A stretch of 64,000 nt of DNA from an uncultured Clostridia bacterium (GCA_944381175.1 CALWKD010000017.1:25952-89951); one strand, 5' to 3'. Shown: positions 30,601-35,185, counted from the first letter of the stretch. Numbers and translations are program-made. The notes: generated by a model not told the origin, from the sequence alone.

Positions 30601-32693
30601 AAAGAAGTGTTTGCATTTGAAGAGTCAGCAGACTCAGAAATAGCGTTGTTTTCCAAGAGGAAATTTTGCACCGTTGAGTCGTCCATAAAGACATTTGCTG
30701 AGGACTTGTCATTGTTTTGGACAACCAGCGAGTCAATAGGAACAAACGCCTCAACATCAAACCTCTCAGACACTTTCCCCGTGATATGCTCAAACCAGAA
30801 CGACGAAGTATCCGAAAATCTGTAACTCGTCAAGTTTACGGTGAAACTTCCAACGATGTAGCCCTCACCATTTTCTTCTCCACTCTCCAAAAGTGTAAAG
30901 TCTGAATACTCAAATCCACTCGTCCCGTCATCACAAAGCGTAAGCCCAGAGTCAGTTGAAATTCCAGTGATTTTAACAGTAAATTCAAGTTCTCTTGACG
31001 AATAAACACTTGATGAGATGTAAGTCACACTGTCAATATCCGAGTCATCTTCGTTTGTGACATTCAAAGTGGTGTCATCGGAGATTTTGTAGAAAGTGAG
31101 GTGCAACAATGTGTAGGCACTTGTGTTGTGAGTTGGAGATTCAAACCTAAACTCAATATCCTCAAGCACATCAACCTCTTCTCCAGCGGTCACATAGATG
31201 CTTGTTCCTGTCTCCAATTGATTTGAAACATAGGTGTAAGAACCGCTTCTGGTGAAAGTTAAAGATTGTCCATTTGCGGTGTAAAAGTTTGCAATTTTTG
31301 AGATGTCAGCAGGAGAACTGATTGAGACACCTGCCAAATTGTCTTGTCGAGTGTCAATCGAAATTCTGTAATATCTGTCATCAACGGCAACATCTGTCGG
31401 TCCAACCACACCCTCAATTTGATATCCAAGCCCTGTCTCATAACTTGAAAAGACATCTTGAAAGGTGTTGTTCAAACTGTATCCGTCTGCGTCATAAAGA
31501 TCAATGCTTGTCGCCGCATACGAAATGTCCAAATTCAAAGTTGTTTTTGTGTTGTTCGCCTCTGTGCCAAAAGTCGAAATTGCGTAGTTATAATCTGCAT
31601 AATCGACTTGCAAATAAAACTCAAAACTTCCGAAAATGTTTTTTGCACTGTTGTCGATGGCGTCAATTTCGATATTGTAAGTCTTCACCGTGCCTTGACT
31701 GCCACTCGTGCTTTCCGTGTAATCGAAAATGAAATAATCTTCATAGATAGACCTGTCAACAAGTTCCGCCTGCCCATTCACAACTCGATAAACGACAGCA
31801 CTGAGTCTCAACTCATTCTCTGGGCTTACATTAAGGGTCAAAGTCCCTTCAGCAGAAGAAAGATTGGAGTCATTTCTCTTGAGCGAAACTGTTGCAGATG
31901 TTGCCTGAACTATGCCGTTCCTATAAAACACATTCCCATCCACCTCAAAATTTTGAATTGTGGAATTTTCAAGCACCTCAAGCGTCAATGTTCTGCTTAT
32001 GTTTGAGTTTAGTTTGTATGTAGCGACAACATTCAAATTGTCATAGGTGTATCCGCCATAGACCAACAAAGAATTTCCACTTATCTCGGCAACCAATTCG
32101 TCATCCACAAACATTTGTTTGTCCGAATCGTTTAAATTTCCGTCATCGTTTAAATCTCCAAAAGTCCAATCAATATCACAGATATTTGCGGTTGCAGGTT
32201 CAAAATCAAAATAGTCAGTGGTGACGAGTTCTTTTCTCACACCTTTCACAGCAAACAAATTTGACCTTCCGTCCTCGGAGTCTTCAGTCGCATAAGGCAA
32301 ATCTTCCAAGACTGTGTTAACAGTGACATCGATATATTCAAATTGACTGGAATCTTCAATCGCAGACACTTTGATTTGTGCATAACCACTGTTTTTCTCT
32401 GCTTTGGTCAAAATCCTAAATGCATACTTCCCATTTGATTTTTGAGTCGTTGTGTTTGACCTGTCAAGTTCGATACAATCTTGTCCATAGATAATCTCGA
32501 CATTAACCCCCGCATTTGAGTTGTCAAGTTCGACCTCAATCTCCTTTTGCCTATTCACACCTTGGTCGTAGTTTGTGTAAAGCACCACTTCCGTCTCTGA
32601 AACAGAAAGAGAAACTTTCTTGTCGCAAGCAGACAAAAGCACCCCACCAAGTATCATAAAAACACTGAGAATACCCAAAGCAAATTTCTTCAT
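12618..32693 (-). CDS. giant (6,691 aa) surface lipoprotein with Ig-like modules and GLUG-type beta-helix repeat blocks
   Basis: Uninterrupted 20.1-kb ORF. The ATG at 32693 follows GGAGG at 5-nt spacing. The N-terminus MKKFALGILSVFMILGGVLLSAC is a signal peptide plus lipobox. A Big_2-like module follows it. I read more than 30 GG[IVL]VG / AG[FI]V motifs by eye (e.g. VGGIVGENNGLI, YAGGIVGYAQN, FIGGLVGYMGG). They are grouped in blocks, each opened by a head of the type ...YRLVNNI...LDGNGFTI. I found no LPxTG, SLH or choline-binding motif. Confidence 0.85.
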   Translation of the reverse strand: MKKFALGILSVFMILGGVLLSACDKKVSLSVSETEVVLYTNYDQGVNRQKEIEVELDNSNAGVNVEIIYGQDCIELDRSNTTTQKSNGKYAFRILTKAEKNSGYAQIKVSAIEDSSQFEYIDVTVNTVLEDLPYATEDSEDGRSNLFAVKGVRKELVTTDYFDFEPATANICDIDWTFGDLNDDGNLNDSDKQMFVDDELVAEISGNSLLVYGGYTYDNLNVVATYKLNSNISRTLTLEVLENSTIQNFEVDGNVFYRNGIVQATSATVSLKRNDSNLSSAEGTLTLNVSPENELRLSAVVYRVVNGQAELVDRSIYEDYFIFDYTESTSGSQGTVKTYNIEIDAIDNSAKNIFGSFEFYLQVDYADYNYAISTFGTEANNTKTTLNLDISYAATSIDLYDADGYSLNNTFQDVFSSYETGLGYQIEGVVGPTDVAVDDRYYRISIDTRQDNLAGVSISSPADISKIANFYTANGQSLTFTRSGSYTYVSNQLETGTSIYVTAGEEVDVLEDIEFRFESPTHNTSAYTLLHLTFYKISDDTTLNVTNEDDSDIDSVTYISSSVYSSRELEFTVKITGISTDSGLTLCDDGTSGFEYSDFTLLESGEENGEGYIVGSFTVNLTSYRFSDTSSFWFEHITGKVSERFDVEAFVPIDSLVVQNNDKSSANVFMDDSTVQNFLLENNAISESADSSNANTSLSRLMIEAGASLPLSTSVQNATLTENGISYRYMSFDQFMRFMAVEEGLSYENDYDALLELANEKFSSEGIDAITNFAGQVTNPYMYFNTLENAPFSISQTMLTLSNSDFKGFVAILAEGYNEEHETITFVRIFAIESFYSVRYLSSNVRTTLLYSADTLSISDMNRSVEDVTLTMRQDDNIPTYVDSLEYFSFESGLQELSAETSSLWKNDYYEISNVTIANGGRNLTFRITAKSTNLQTSVNDILRVVYSDEEHGFYRTAEIQIEIKNEKRLESVQWVNRTADGEIYLNLTSSNASEKNFTISTSVEPSDANDVGLTAVYHAFSGSTNDIKITTSSIGQIFNVNINTDKGGRGYIYLLPNDMVKNVDGVRQILVYNYTTDETGSIKENSLYIPLSDLNERYDEIINGSQDISNYFINNDGERVYYSNISLRIAITIADGNSEGTAIRVYNQADLEAIDTAKYYRVMNDITLSGWQSYTNLSGMIYGNDSNVTLKFTNGSQAFVNNLSGTIKDLTFVGEVTANGGASAGFIANEVGEDGLIESCAIDVYYENIASEYYESRLISYATQRTGAVAGLNYGTIRNVFVYGASINAQSTFVGGIVGENNGLIEGTGFEFYRFKSSERQGEFNTITSSGNVGGIVGFAGGTSVVRTSYVYAYSLPTTNADGTNFDYNYKNIISANGFVGVFAGGSSNGARFIQSFGYIGNVSNVFLSSASNQYVTLENSYVSYFGADEDKVVSDIYKNVTYSFVNSSEQYINGTASNKITLDGSDTDEDKINGLGLDSTIWNLEKTDSDINFGYIYLRTVSQSTAVNIDEIGIQDLTSENDGRYRVLSAGDKTVGDVTYETGVLFMYNPTSTIVDASEKAMLDNLNTISLAELFGVTEQQARSLLLTTDSSLVSITSNSIRLLSTSINEFDISVHSKMDFTQIKTFKFIILNMMPQLSTVLDGVPIQDEQVVLLQRNQSRTISYNTTSSLYLNGTTAYALQTDGYTIDFEYVGDSTAKDYVTVTRSGNKIVLLGLQKHLYDDRTTIYTNLEHNTLSAKEGYENYAEAVNSKISRTFDVRVYEGAESLDIVNANNLIISPSEYASFDVQLKTDEESDNLVFTLQYGEVEIRGTGSDNSYRFDVDSNLSLDVSWAKVSSVGNEHRYRVLVGVSEDKKHLVSSEYSFVLMINAQSQQDNTNCLKTIDLKVETQDIEDFSITTYKVERRQIRNSILYLTPSSEVVNTLAPASDAIISVSVTPQYALMTHFTLTYEVSGTSVGTVGISKLAYNSLYGYYVNSSSTNTIENGIRVNLTEADKTGDGLFYFRLYISSSFASTSGVRLVVTYYNGDQVLATGSQTLSVNYLQDAVVRVNDATTYLLGKGETATVTVRVGIDQNLYNLYLQNNESNITLTTPTWVASGNYKIYTAQLIAGVDAKLVGDQTSGIFYVCASVSRELNGEQEIKVSRATVCLVDFSVDVDGISVSGSSGTRTYNGRTYDVFNAYLNDNSELHFDYPILPEEYNYDRNDADQVEAVEKLMESREDFLTNNYFYDEDVGYYINYALDEDTGTYNPITLKQQLWYATDEDTSTAIYNENRDTITPNDYFNISEQTLSDGSTRLMISGKRAGTQLMRLRTVINYQGIELVDDYYFLIVVEVWSDEETPTQITTAEEFIDYATNSEEAGDYILMNDIVLSDYTPLSTDLIDSLDGNGFTIHINSFRQNTESSTLRLALFDTVTSNTTLRNVRVNIYNGGQIAVNIRQFTDIQIAGFAITNEGVIYNCEVVSYYDENYQISRNTGNSGLVVKYTRGANTDYIALSYSSNVNSVVSGFVIENNSSIMNSRVGGESVMHVVDIEGVNYLQSQSLGVFYLEGQGEVSGFVNQNAGYISASFVKNAQIDNIMEYDGSITAGFVVRNSLSIQSSYVEGLEGEPEEDSFGNVVHSVYKNGTNISALGVISGFVYENSSLVKNSYSNIAIENSRTKGAMVAGFVYRNNQNATISLCYAACEIALQDVNQMQFSGVDDFGNSLNNGTISLSYFYNKSRVDETIQTKVSTSAISISEVDEKDSFYGFSFASADGAYDGIWVMTDDGITLVSANQIAVSNRYATTTGNVTSIFYSRNIRNADTLEYVDLSYGGENNPIIIRNAEDFAKATGNATLTGSEISAYKEYYTDTEVTGRYRLVNNIQMTDIAQDAEDEGTIKLTTSKKVFRGLLDGNGFTISDISLGSSESVENYGLFARLQNAVIMNLDLTVESVHNTQANVVGVLAGTALDSRILSITLSPSENDEEGASIAVQGHNIVGGVVGMILGESYLSDITVNDVDVSSESYEEGKTVGANDSYIEGGKTLRSVVEDLDNGASLKDNVGRLSYAGAIAGFVDMYQNQDEGAVTFSTSREASDFDVVTVRASDSVNVYAEVAGGLFGYVGKSTLVYDATVTINQNMALSTQGVNPSYIISKNLYAGGLIGENYGGLFAVSASYEENLQTEIETNENSYYNQNTSVERGQLSIFSYTQNDEDYSTRINNPLFIGGLVGYMGGGYIYVGYNKLNVIAHTPNSENPNEVVVGGIVGLSGVSQTRYSLGFTTQQMDVTVLYYEVYASGDTYSETSFSGGIIGALEKNGNSTGAVAMKNVMAMNYYSYLGTSLSADENSPATGLTGYVSDKHYMLVGRIFDSDENEIMSENTILPSGFYIINSTNDIAMNMRDGVVIGTSMGSYTVGGYKQIEMGSVTATLKEVGFASLAGRVSVSGDFTSALDTVILKAQHIGSDELQEMSSAYARMRNYFLSNGWDEKYWSHEQNTLLPIIQLLPKVNVQYWDVYNTEEVLAAMEDSSLTIVVRGRVTDDENDLSRTDIDLRKSGTQIDGRDIATTIENFRGRLVSYEYYMNTETGGRVTAPITEDGQIVGGDVGDMVGIILEQELFESISDGAQIEGVNFYLEPQEADGDSGFSIVSNEAEASIFRDINVVINKSMTLSSGVIHTDGNYKAIGLLTGLATSTSFYNISVEFKEDAGISFNASAGTAGEVYVGLLAGRIRQASAFSQMTVSEINISRFGVDSSDDAEIDIEFDFSTSSSSTYFYAGLFAGEISKTGMAKSTLGVNQLNGINLKISLGSGTSQIPNLYIGGFVGRLNGADEINFVERETDGADGTGLTIEQNGIIGNLYAGLAFGESRSTINFSFDDAPNAWILGKLVQNGGYAENANIGGLVGRASGIVNIDGLRMKFDVAGAGLFDYETDSDGVSNYEKYVNELATNQFEYSASESAFCLGGGIDNSVGAVVGYSNGGSLSMAGNCDIGGNLVVDTYNSESTGSSETTKTIYTSISALAGKVVDSSVTIGGVISNSTNIYVNGIGTSGAKTSNAYLGGVVGDIDVTTGTELSFEVGSAGGSYNYTGSIISSNAHSIYGGAFGRISAEISNTININSFVFGGTFRILASDSAKVTAGGVVGEFSWTSGADGAVPELTSATISNSLAYGDVFVIYPEYVGGTYQNVQLDNYVFGGIVGSAQSGLNIENCFSLLTNFNRTNETSNELSDVGAIVGANADSVNYSGNKYSSIVTMTFQNEGSSPQESGEIPNQDCGYGVGNFSGYTSLLYSTSDVTSLYADDILTLLGSSSLAEFINLNGAEIGQKLNPYMISEGNKDIQIDSENEDGSKVVSGSTNGISWVAITDDGLVGEANLEISNSIASDGTNFAIVGNGRTITRKSVDEDENIESSSVVYKGGIVDRMGVDYSSTGTNTPNFSLVSGLIVNLETTTNISNRLTNAYGGVVGYATGNSFIYGVGVKGEMYVGGDANIRVAGIVGDLRQGLVAQCYEDADISYGASTLGVVSGIANMNQLSSMVKATYSSGKITTYVDVNVYTFAYAVAGSDSSTTNAVRTLEDCYSITQVERNDVLSGDTTFSCGIYFAGNGTITSGNVNIGRQVINGTANADGATDLTDTESDLGYKSSEELSISYGNGERYSINSITLRPETEDSEDDTDAVTEIGEGRYETTNGGYNVWYFSRLTNYGYASHAFGYLKNSTTYVYTSTSEDSDGTDVDTGDTGSGEDAGVDDETETSVDEEKEYKIVPYAELVVVDVITDGDEIIGYQDRFDSWYLGVPSVGKFDQMVETVAVADYDMDYKFVLRYGFDLSDSVSFNAGTNIGAEDKDFVLDGGGNTINLSGVAMTSGVFGEVYGTIQNLRLVNGNVESGATSVGLLANIVHGRLSNITAVGDISAVGSSGQTVGGIAGILYKRGDATEYTGENLESLVNITNGSGVAIIGGVVGWFGGSINYAVNNGILMNNPSSSAGSLDQKITPMRFSSSMTPTLQETSESLKAITGGVVGMAVSGSTIENSYNGNSVLSNFGTSKTSKINVVSGGVVGYATGDEGSGVKISNSYNASLVGSGTYESESYAYAGGIVGYAQNVTMTGCVNDGPVQALGKEDRDYYILVDDISGSLKETAYRAQSGYFAMKIYMYYNPGDNRFVNAFGLGFAENGEIGDTNISSTNNVKNDGNVGEIEVISYMIFDRNMMIDNVQDSDDKWMYEAKFENKFSEDYIANFQRPNELESKRIDKDKIGEETGLYISGYDSYGFPARVYSIETINRRLSTYHPFYKFITTRTKPAGDRYNLLTGVNENSDQVKSWWGALIEDGYFIGSFDVSDTLDSLSTTSEIDYAGYHGDPRTNFTDYQYKMEASVDYYASSILGRWWGSENANLDGYDRVLQRLNNYAYILGEEVPGDTSMTTLSSATDDSLGSSISDFVNSKIAEIDSAFESGSAEELQVINVNGDAVGVAKTSSNLLTILSPYIAEIETIEFSVAGDGDEIDWNAITKDSFSFVGGTSPQFVEFAIIKDKDNNKVKLVHSSSDDENGPVLYFSEEVNQNISVEFSYQSKLLEFTIVQNNTILNGNSITIDLTKVDSETREYLLGENVKINNATIETEEVEYTSTSVISEGNDLIIGFEDLSGVTEEMLNGRQIAFDITETTEVSVNGNIAVWTGDGESASQEIAEITSGTDSWTYTFRNYTTNTLSQTLPSLSEFTQISDTEYQISYDDFFSGVAGLDGYRENPFVYILNEEGFSKLAVSWDGSDFKFDTDDVGVEITTNTDEDIISFRFISSNVERYFENISGKASTIYTKSDVYYTTSNEIPGSLGSSVSTIFGGLVTITDGVRSPSTDFTLQNVTGGWRVDFVGTNFEGITNSDGVNVHEIALEGVSFDNLGFRDIDVTFKYGITGTVNQSQIGSSDAVKFEISSGETIETIYYGGAFASNNFVFNLEGGDTLSYQKLTSNYGREEFDLLTSQTEDHASIDLSVSSKILEEEDATNISYTVTQGTGTIMYYPDDGEISYVTTEKTILMSINDITYVYTYSYTIWENGFIELDFSATTPIGGVNEYYYVYLPKAISDGKNEIHYTDDNGAEQTATIEWEGAGPGYKEINKVVDGTLETDTFNERTGMPTEQELLDRYTLKVDVISIGFDEDEGQVWFEKNDYNQDELFIRGELFEDQETSQTMRLEIFIGNPESVKVRVDSIESGEAQIEYTVNGETTTVDHSEIILSSPGDYQVRWSATKSKNITCATADSSEVKTADIALLDADISMGDATQSTLEKNIVGRDYIVKFISSRDSIFEEISNTFVKNTIFTAQNAGGDGVNGLFAGSISTGVTIENVKLFGTIRNVAYNSSSINGEIYVDYETKTGTGTTSIENNASMIGLNNAQYGENGEYKGSNGNKFTVDFMSRDLDDNDKVVIVAGDSVKGNNGEKTYNVVSDDYKYGDLRPEVENATKKDREAKSGGNGSSAASGGVASGTEKNGSIIMSGQSAIGGYGGDGANGTFNNRSVALGGGRAGAAGSGTSTHTSTSQTQSAGNPGVGGFGRITGSDYNNFTIYTSGNSGTTGVNGSNGKNYFDKKCNDEGAGYFAFFGALLNNYCNIGQSGHTRNDYGSYEDSIKNYWSINSTSTSDVNYSSVGGVSGSGEGVSTHAKEIYLYGHIIVRQWFGPFYWSYHVVSNQQWAYVGWTSGETVNSAGQITFVGGGNVTT

Positions 32694-32743
32694 TGTGTCC
32701 TCCAATTTTAATATCTGCAATTAAGCAAATTTTTATATAATAT

Positions 32744-32773
32744 ATTATAAATAAAACAATTGCGAAAAGTCAA
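32744..32773 (-). promoter_or_regulatory. sigma-A-type promoter of the giant gene
   Basis: On the minus strand: TTGACT (32773..32768), 18-nt spacer, TATAAT (32749..32744). This predicts a leader of about 44 nt ending in GGAGG-N5-ATG. Confidence 0.45.
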
Positions 32774-32940
32774 ATTTTGTCGAAATAAATCGGAAAAAAT
32801 ATTTTTCTCTGATTTTTTCAAATTTTCTTAAATAAAAAAATTAAAAAAATTGCGAAAACAAATAAAAATGCTTAAAAATGCGTATTTTTGGAAAACTAAA
32901 TTATTTTCAAAAAAATCAAAAAATATGCAAAAATGAATAT

Positions 32941-32978
32941 TTTTTAAATAAAAATACATAAAAAGTGTTATTTTTATG
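32941..32978 (-). terminator. weak AT-rich hairpin downstream of spoIIID
   Basis: Stem CATAAAAA (32957-32964) / TTTTTATG (32971-32978) with only one G:C pair. A T-rich tract follows on the minus strand. Its strength as a terminator is doubtful. Confidence 0.25.
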
Positions 32979-33009
32979 CATTTTTATTATTTTTTAATTT
33001 TTAATTTAT

Positions 33010-33261
33010 TTATTTTTCTTTTTCGTATTTTGCCTTTGTCGACTGCCCGCCTCTAATATGTTTTTCTGAAAAATTTTTCTGCATCACCTTCTGAACTTCT
33101 TCATACATTTCCCTGTCCAACAGTTGCAACCTCGATGACATATCATTGTGAACAGTGCTTTTGCTCAAATGATAGATTTCTGCTGTTTTTCTCACTGTGT
33201 CCTCTGTTTCTGCAATGTGTTGAGCGACCTGCAATGTTCGCTCCTTGATATATGGTTTCAT
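33010..33261 (-). CDS. spoIIID: sporulation transcriptional regulator SpoIIID
   Basis: MKPYIKERTLQVAQHIAETEDTVRKTAEIYHLSKSTVHNDM...HIRGGQSTKAKYEKEK matches the SpoIIID HTH and basic tail that I recall from Bacillus. The ATG at 33261 is preceded by GGAGGTG. The track ORF extension is rejected. Confidence 0.9.
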   Translation of the reverse strand: MKPYIKERTLQVAQHIAETEDTVRKTAEIYHLSKSTVHNDMSSRLQLLDREMYEEVQKVMQKNFSEKHIRGGQSTKAKYEKEK

Positions 33262-33276
33262 AGCACCTCCATAAAG

Positions 33277-33306
33277 ATACTTATGAAAGTGCTTGTCAAA
33301 ATATGT
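33277..33306 (-). promoter_or_regulatory. candidate sigma-E-type promoter of spoIIID
   Basis: On the minus strand: ACATATT (33306..33300), 14-nt spacer, CATAAGTAT (33285..33277). This resembles the sigma-E consensus as I recall it (ATAtt ... CATAcanT). Weak call. Confidence 0.25.
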
Positions 33307-33323
33307 TATAATTTGTCGAAATT

Positions 33324-33360
33324 TGAAAAAAATAAAAAGCACCTGAAATTCAAGTGCTCT
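33324..33360 (-). terminator. rho-independent terminator after acpP
   Basis: The minus strand reads AGCAC-N11-GTGCT followed by TTTTTATTTTTTT. Confidence 0.4.
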
Positions 33361-33371
33361 TCAAATTTTGT

Positions 33372-33602
33372 TTATTTTGTGCTGTCCTCAATCAAAGCAA
33401 CAATTTCTCCGATTGTTTTTATTTGACTGATTTTTTCATCAGGAATAGAAATTCCGTATTCCTCTTCCAATGTCATCAACATTTCAATAACATCAAGAGA
33501 GTCTGCTCCCAAGTCTTCTAAAATCTTTGATTCCATTTTCACTGAATCTTTTGAAATTCCAAGTTGCTCAGCAACAAGTTCTGCAACCTTCTCAAAAACC
33601 AT
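33372..33602 (-). CDS. acpP: acyl carrier protein
   Basis: 76 aa from the ATG at 33602, with GGAGG 8 nt upstream. It carries the phosphopantetheine attachment motif LGADSLDVIEM. Confidence 0.85.
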   Translation of the reverse strand: MVFEKVAELVAEQLGISKDSVKMESKILEDLGADSLDVIEMLMTLEEEYGISIPDEKISQIKTIGEIVALIEDSTK

Positions 33603-33670
33603 ATCATAAACCTCCACATTGGTATGATACCATATTAGCCCAAAGATTGCAACTTATTTTCAGAATTTCC

Positions 33671-34234
33671 CTACTTATTTTCCAAATCAAGATAATTGTT
33701 TGGATCAACTTCAACGCCATCTTTCAAAAGTGTGAAATGCAAATGAGTTCCACTCTTTGACTCGTTTGAAGCGGAAGAGTCTGCTTCGCCAATTTTCTGC
33801 CCAGCCTCAACCTTGTCTCCTACAGCAACTTCTAAATTGTCAGAAAGGGATGAATAGATGCTGACAAATCCGCCATTATGAGAAATTTCAACCGAATCCC
33901 CTTCAAGCGAGTTTGAGTTCACCGCAGTCACTGTTCCGTCAGCAACTGAGAAAACTCCGCTGTTTTCGGAAGACAAATCTATTGACAAATGAATCTCCCA
34001 CCTATTCAAACTCTCATTAAACTGTAAGCGTTCGTCTGAATAATCTTTGACAATCACAGCATTTTCCATTGGCAAAGAGAATGTTGTAACTCCTGTCGAA
34101 ACTGGTGTTCCTTTCCCACTTGAGACTGTAAGTCCCACAACCAAGGCTATCACCAAGCAGAACACGCAAGTAAGTGACAAAACCCCATATCTTCTGAAAA
34201 ATTTGATGAATTTTGATTCTTTTTTGATTTCCAT
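33671..34234 (-). CDS. membrane-anchored M23/LytM-domain protein, SpoIIQ-like
   Basis: It has an N-terminal TM helix. The LytM domain shows HxxxD (HLSID) and HxH (THLHF), and the usual Y-x-HL is replaced by YSSL. It lies next to spoIIID, as spoIIQ does in Clostridia. GGAGGT precedes the ATG at 34234. Confidence 0.6.
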   Translation of the reverse strand: MEIKKESKFIKFFRRYGVLSLTCVFCLVIALVVGLTVSSGKGTPVSTGVTTFSLPMENAVIVKDYSDERLQFNESLNRWEIHLSIDLSSENSGVFSVADGTVTAVNSNSLEGDSVEISHNGGFVSIYSSLSDNLEVAVGDKVEAGQKIGEADSSASNESKSGTHLHFTLLKDGVEVDPNNYLDLENK

Positions 34235-34295
34235 ATCTTACCTCCACACCAAGAATATTGCCACAAAAATTTCTTTTATACATGATTTTTCATTT

Positions 34296-34781
34296 TTAAT
34301 AGCCTGTGAGTATAATTGGAAACCCAACCACAATTTTCTCACTCGTCATAGCAATTTGCACATTGACTTTTTTCCCATCCAAAAGAATTGAGGAATCGTA
34401 ATAAGGCGTGTATCCATACAAAATCTGAATCTCCTCCACCTCTTCCGAGGACAACTGCTGAAACTTTATATCCGAAAGCAGTTTTTTGATGTTGTCTTGG
34501 TCTGTGTAAAACTGAACTGCATCTGAGTTTTTTATGAGATTTGCATTATCTTTTGCATTTTGAAAAGAGCAAAAATTGAAAAATTTCTCACCACAAGGAA
34601 CCACCTCAAATTCACCCTCAAATTTTTCGTTTGAAACAAAACAAACCTCGCTCACTCCAGTGACGCCGAATATTTGCTCTTCCATTCTCGGAAATTGAAG
34701 ACTTGAGATTGTGATTGCTATTATAAAAAGAAAAATAACCAACTTTTTCATAAGTTGATTATTCACAGAAAAATCATTCAT
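34296..34781 (-). CDS. hypothetical membrane-anchored protein (possibly YwmB/DUF1779-like)
   Basis: It has an N-terminal TM helix and the C-terminal VNVQIAMTSEKIVVGFPIILTGY. This resembles my recollection of YwmB-family C-termini. It sits in a sporulation-gene neighbourhood. The start is ambiguous (34781 or 34751). Confidence 0.35.
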   Translation of the reverse strand: MNDFSVNNQLMKKLVIFLFIIAITISSLQFPRMEEQIFGVTGVSEVCFVSNEKFEGEFEVVPCGEKFFNFCSFQNAKDNANLIKNSDAVQFYTDQDNIKKLLSDIKFQQLSSEEVEEIQILYGYTPYYDSSILLDGKKVNVQIAMTSEKIVVGFPIILTGY

Positions 34782-34837
34782 TATTCAAGAAAACTCGTTC
34801 CGAATCGCATTTTTGCCGAAAATTCATAAGTCAAAAA

Positions 34838-35185
34838 CTATTTTATCAAGAAATAAATGCACAAACCTATCCCGACAAAAGCAATCACAAACCCAATCCA
34901 ATACAAAGCAGTTGCCATTCCTCCCTTTGCACTTCTTTGTTTTGGTTCTTTTTGCTTTTTCTCTTTTTTTGACTTTTTATCTTCGCCTATCTTCGTCACT
35001 TCTTGTGAATTTTGCACGGTCGCAGACGGAGCGGTTTGAACTTGACTTTCAGGCGAACTCTGACTTTCACTTTGCACAGCGGTTTGCTGAGCGTTTACCT
35101 CGCCTCCCTCTTTCTTTGGTGGAGGTGGTGGCATATTCCTCAATTCTTTTGGTGGAGGTGGCATAAAAGGCTTATTCTCTTCCAT
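34838..35185 (-). CDS. proline-rich, low-complexity tail-anchored membrane protein
   Basis: The N-terminus reads MEENKPFMPPPPKELRNMPPPPPKK. It is followed by Q/S-rich and K-rich tracts and a single C-terminal TM helix (LYWIGFVIAFVGIGLCIYFLI). Confidence 0.4.
   Translation of the reverse strand: MEENKPFMPPPPKELRNMPPPPPKKEGGEVNAQQTAVQSESQSSPESQVQTAPSATVQNSQEVTKIGEDKKSKKEKKQKEPKQRSAKGGMATALYWIGFVIAFVGIGLCIYFLIK

Noticed and set aside
12163-32006. Dozens of 60-180-aa ORFs from the track overlap the giant gene or radC2 on the opposite strand or in other frames, for example 31458-32006 (+), 28899-29366 (+), 23925-24344 (+) and 13286-13591 (-).
   Set aside because: All lie inside a continuous 20-kb frame that has clear protein-like repeat structure. 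They have no RBS or promoter context, and their sequences are low-complexity. They are shadow ORFs.
32778-32784. A perfect Spo0A box, TGTCGAA, next to the giant-gene -35 could be evidence of Spo0A control.
   Set aside because: A 7-mer with one degenerate position is expected by chance tens of times in 64 kb on two strands. It is mentioned only as context, not as a call.
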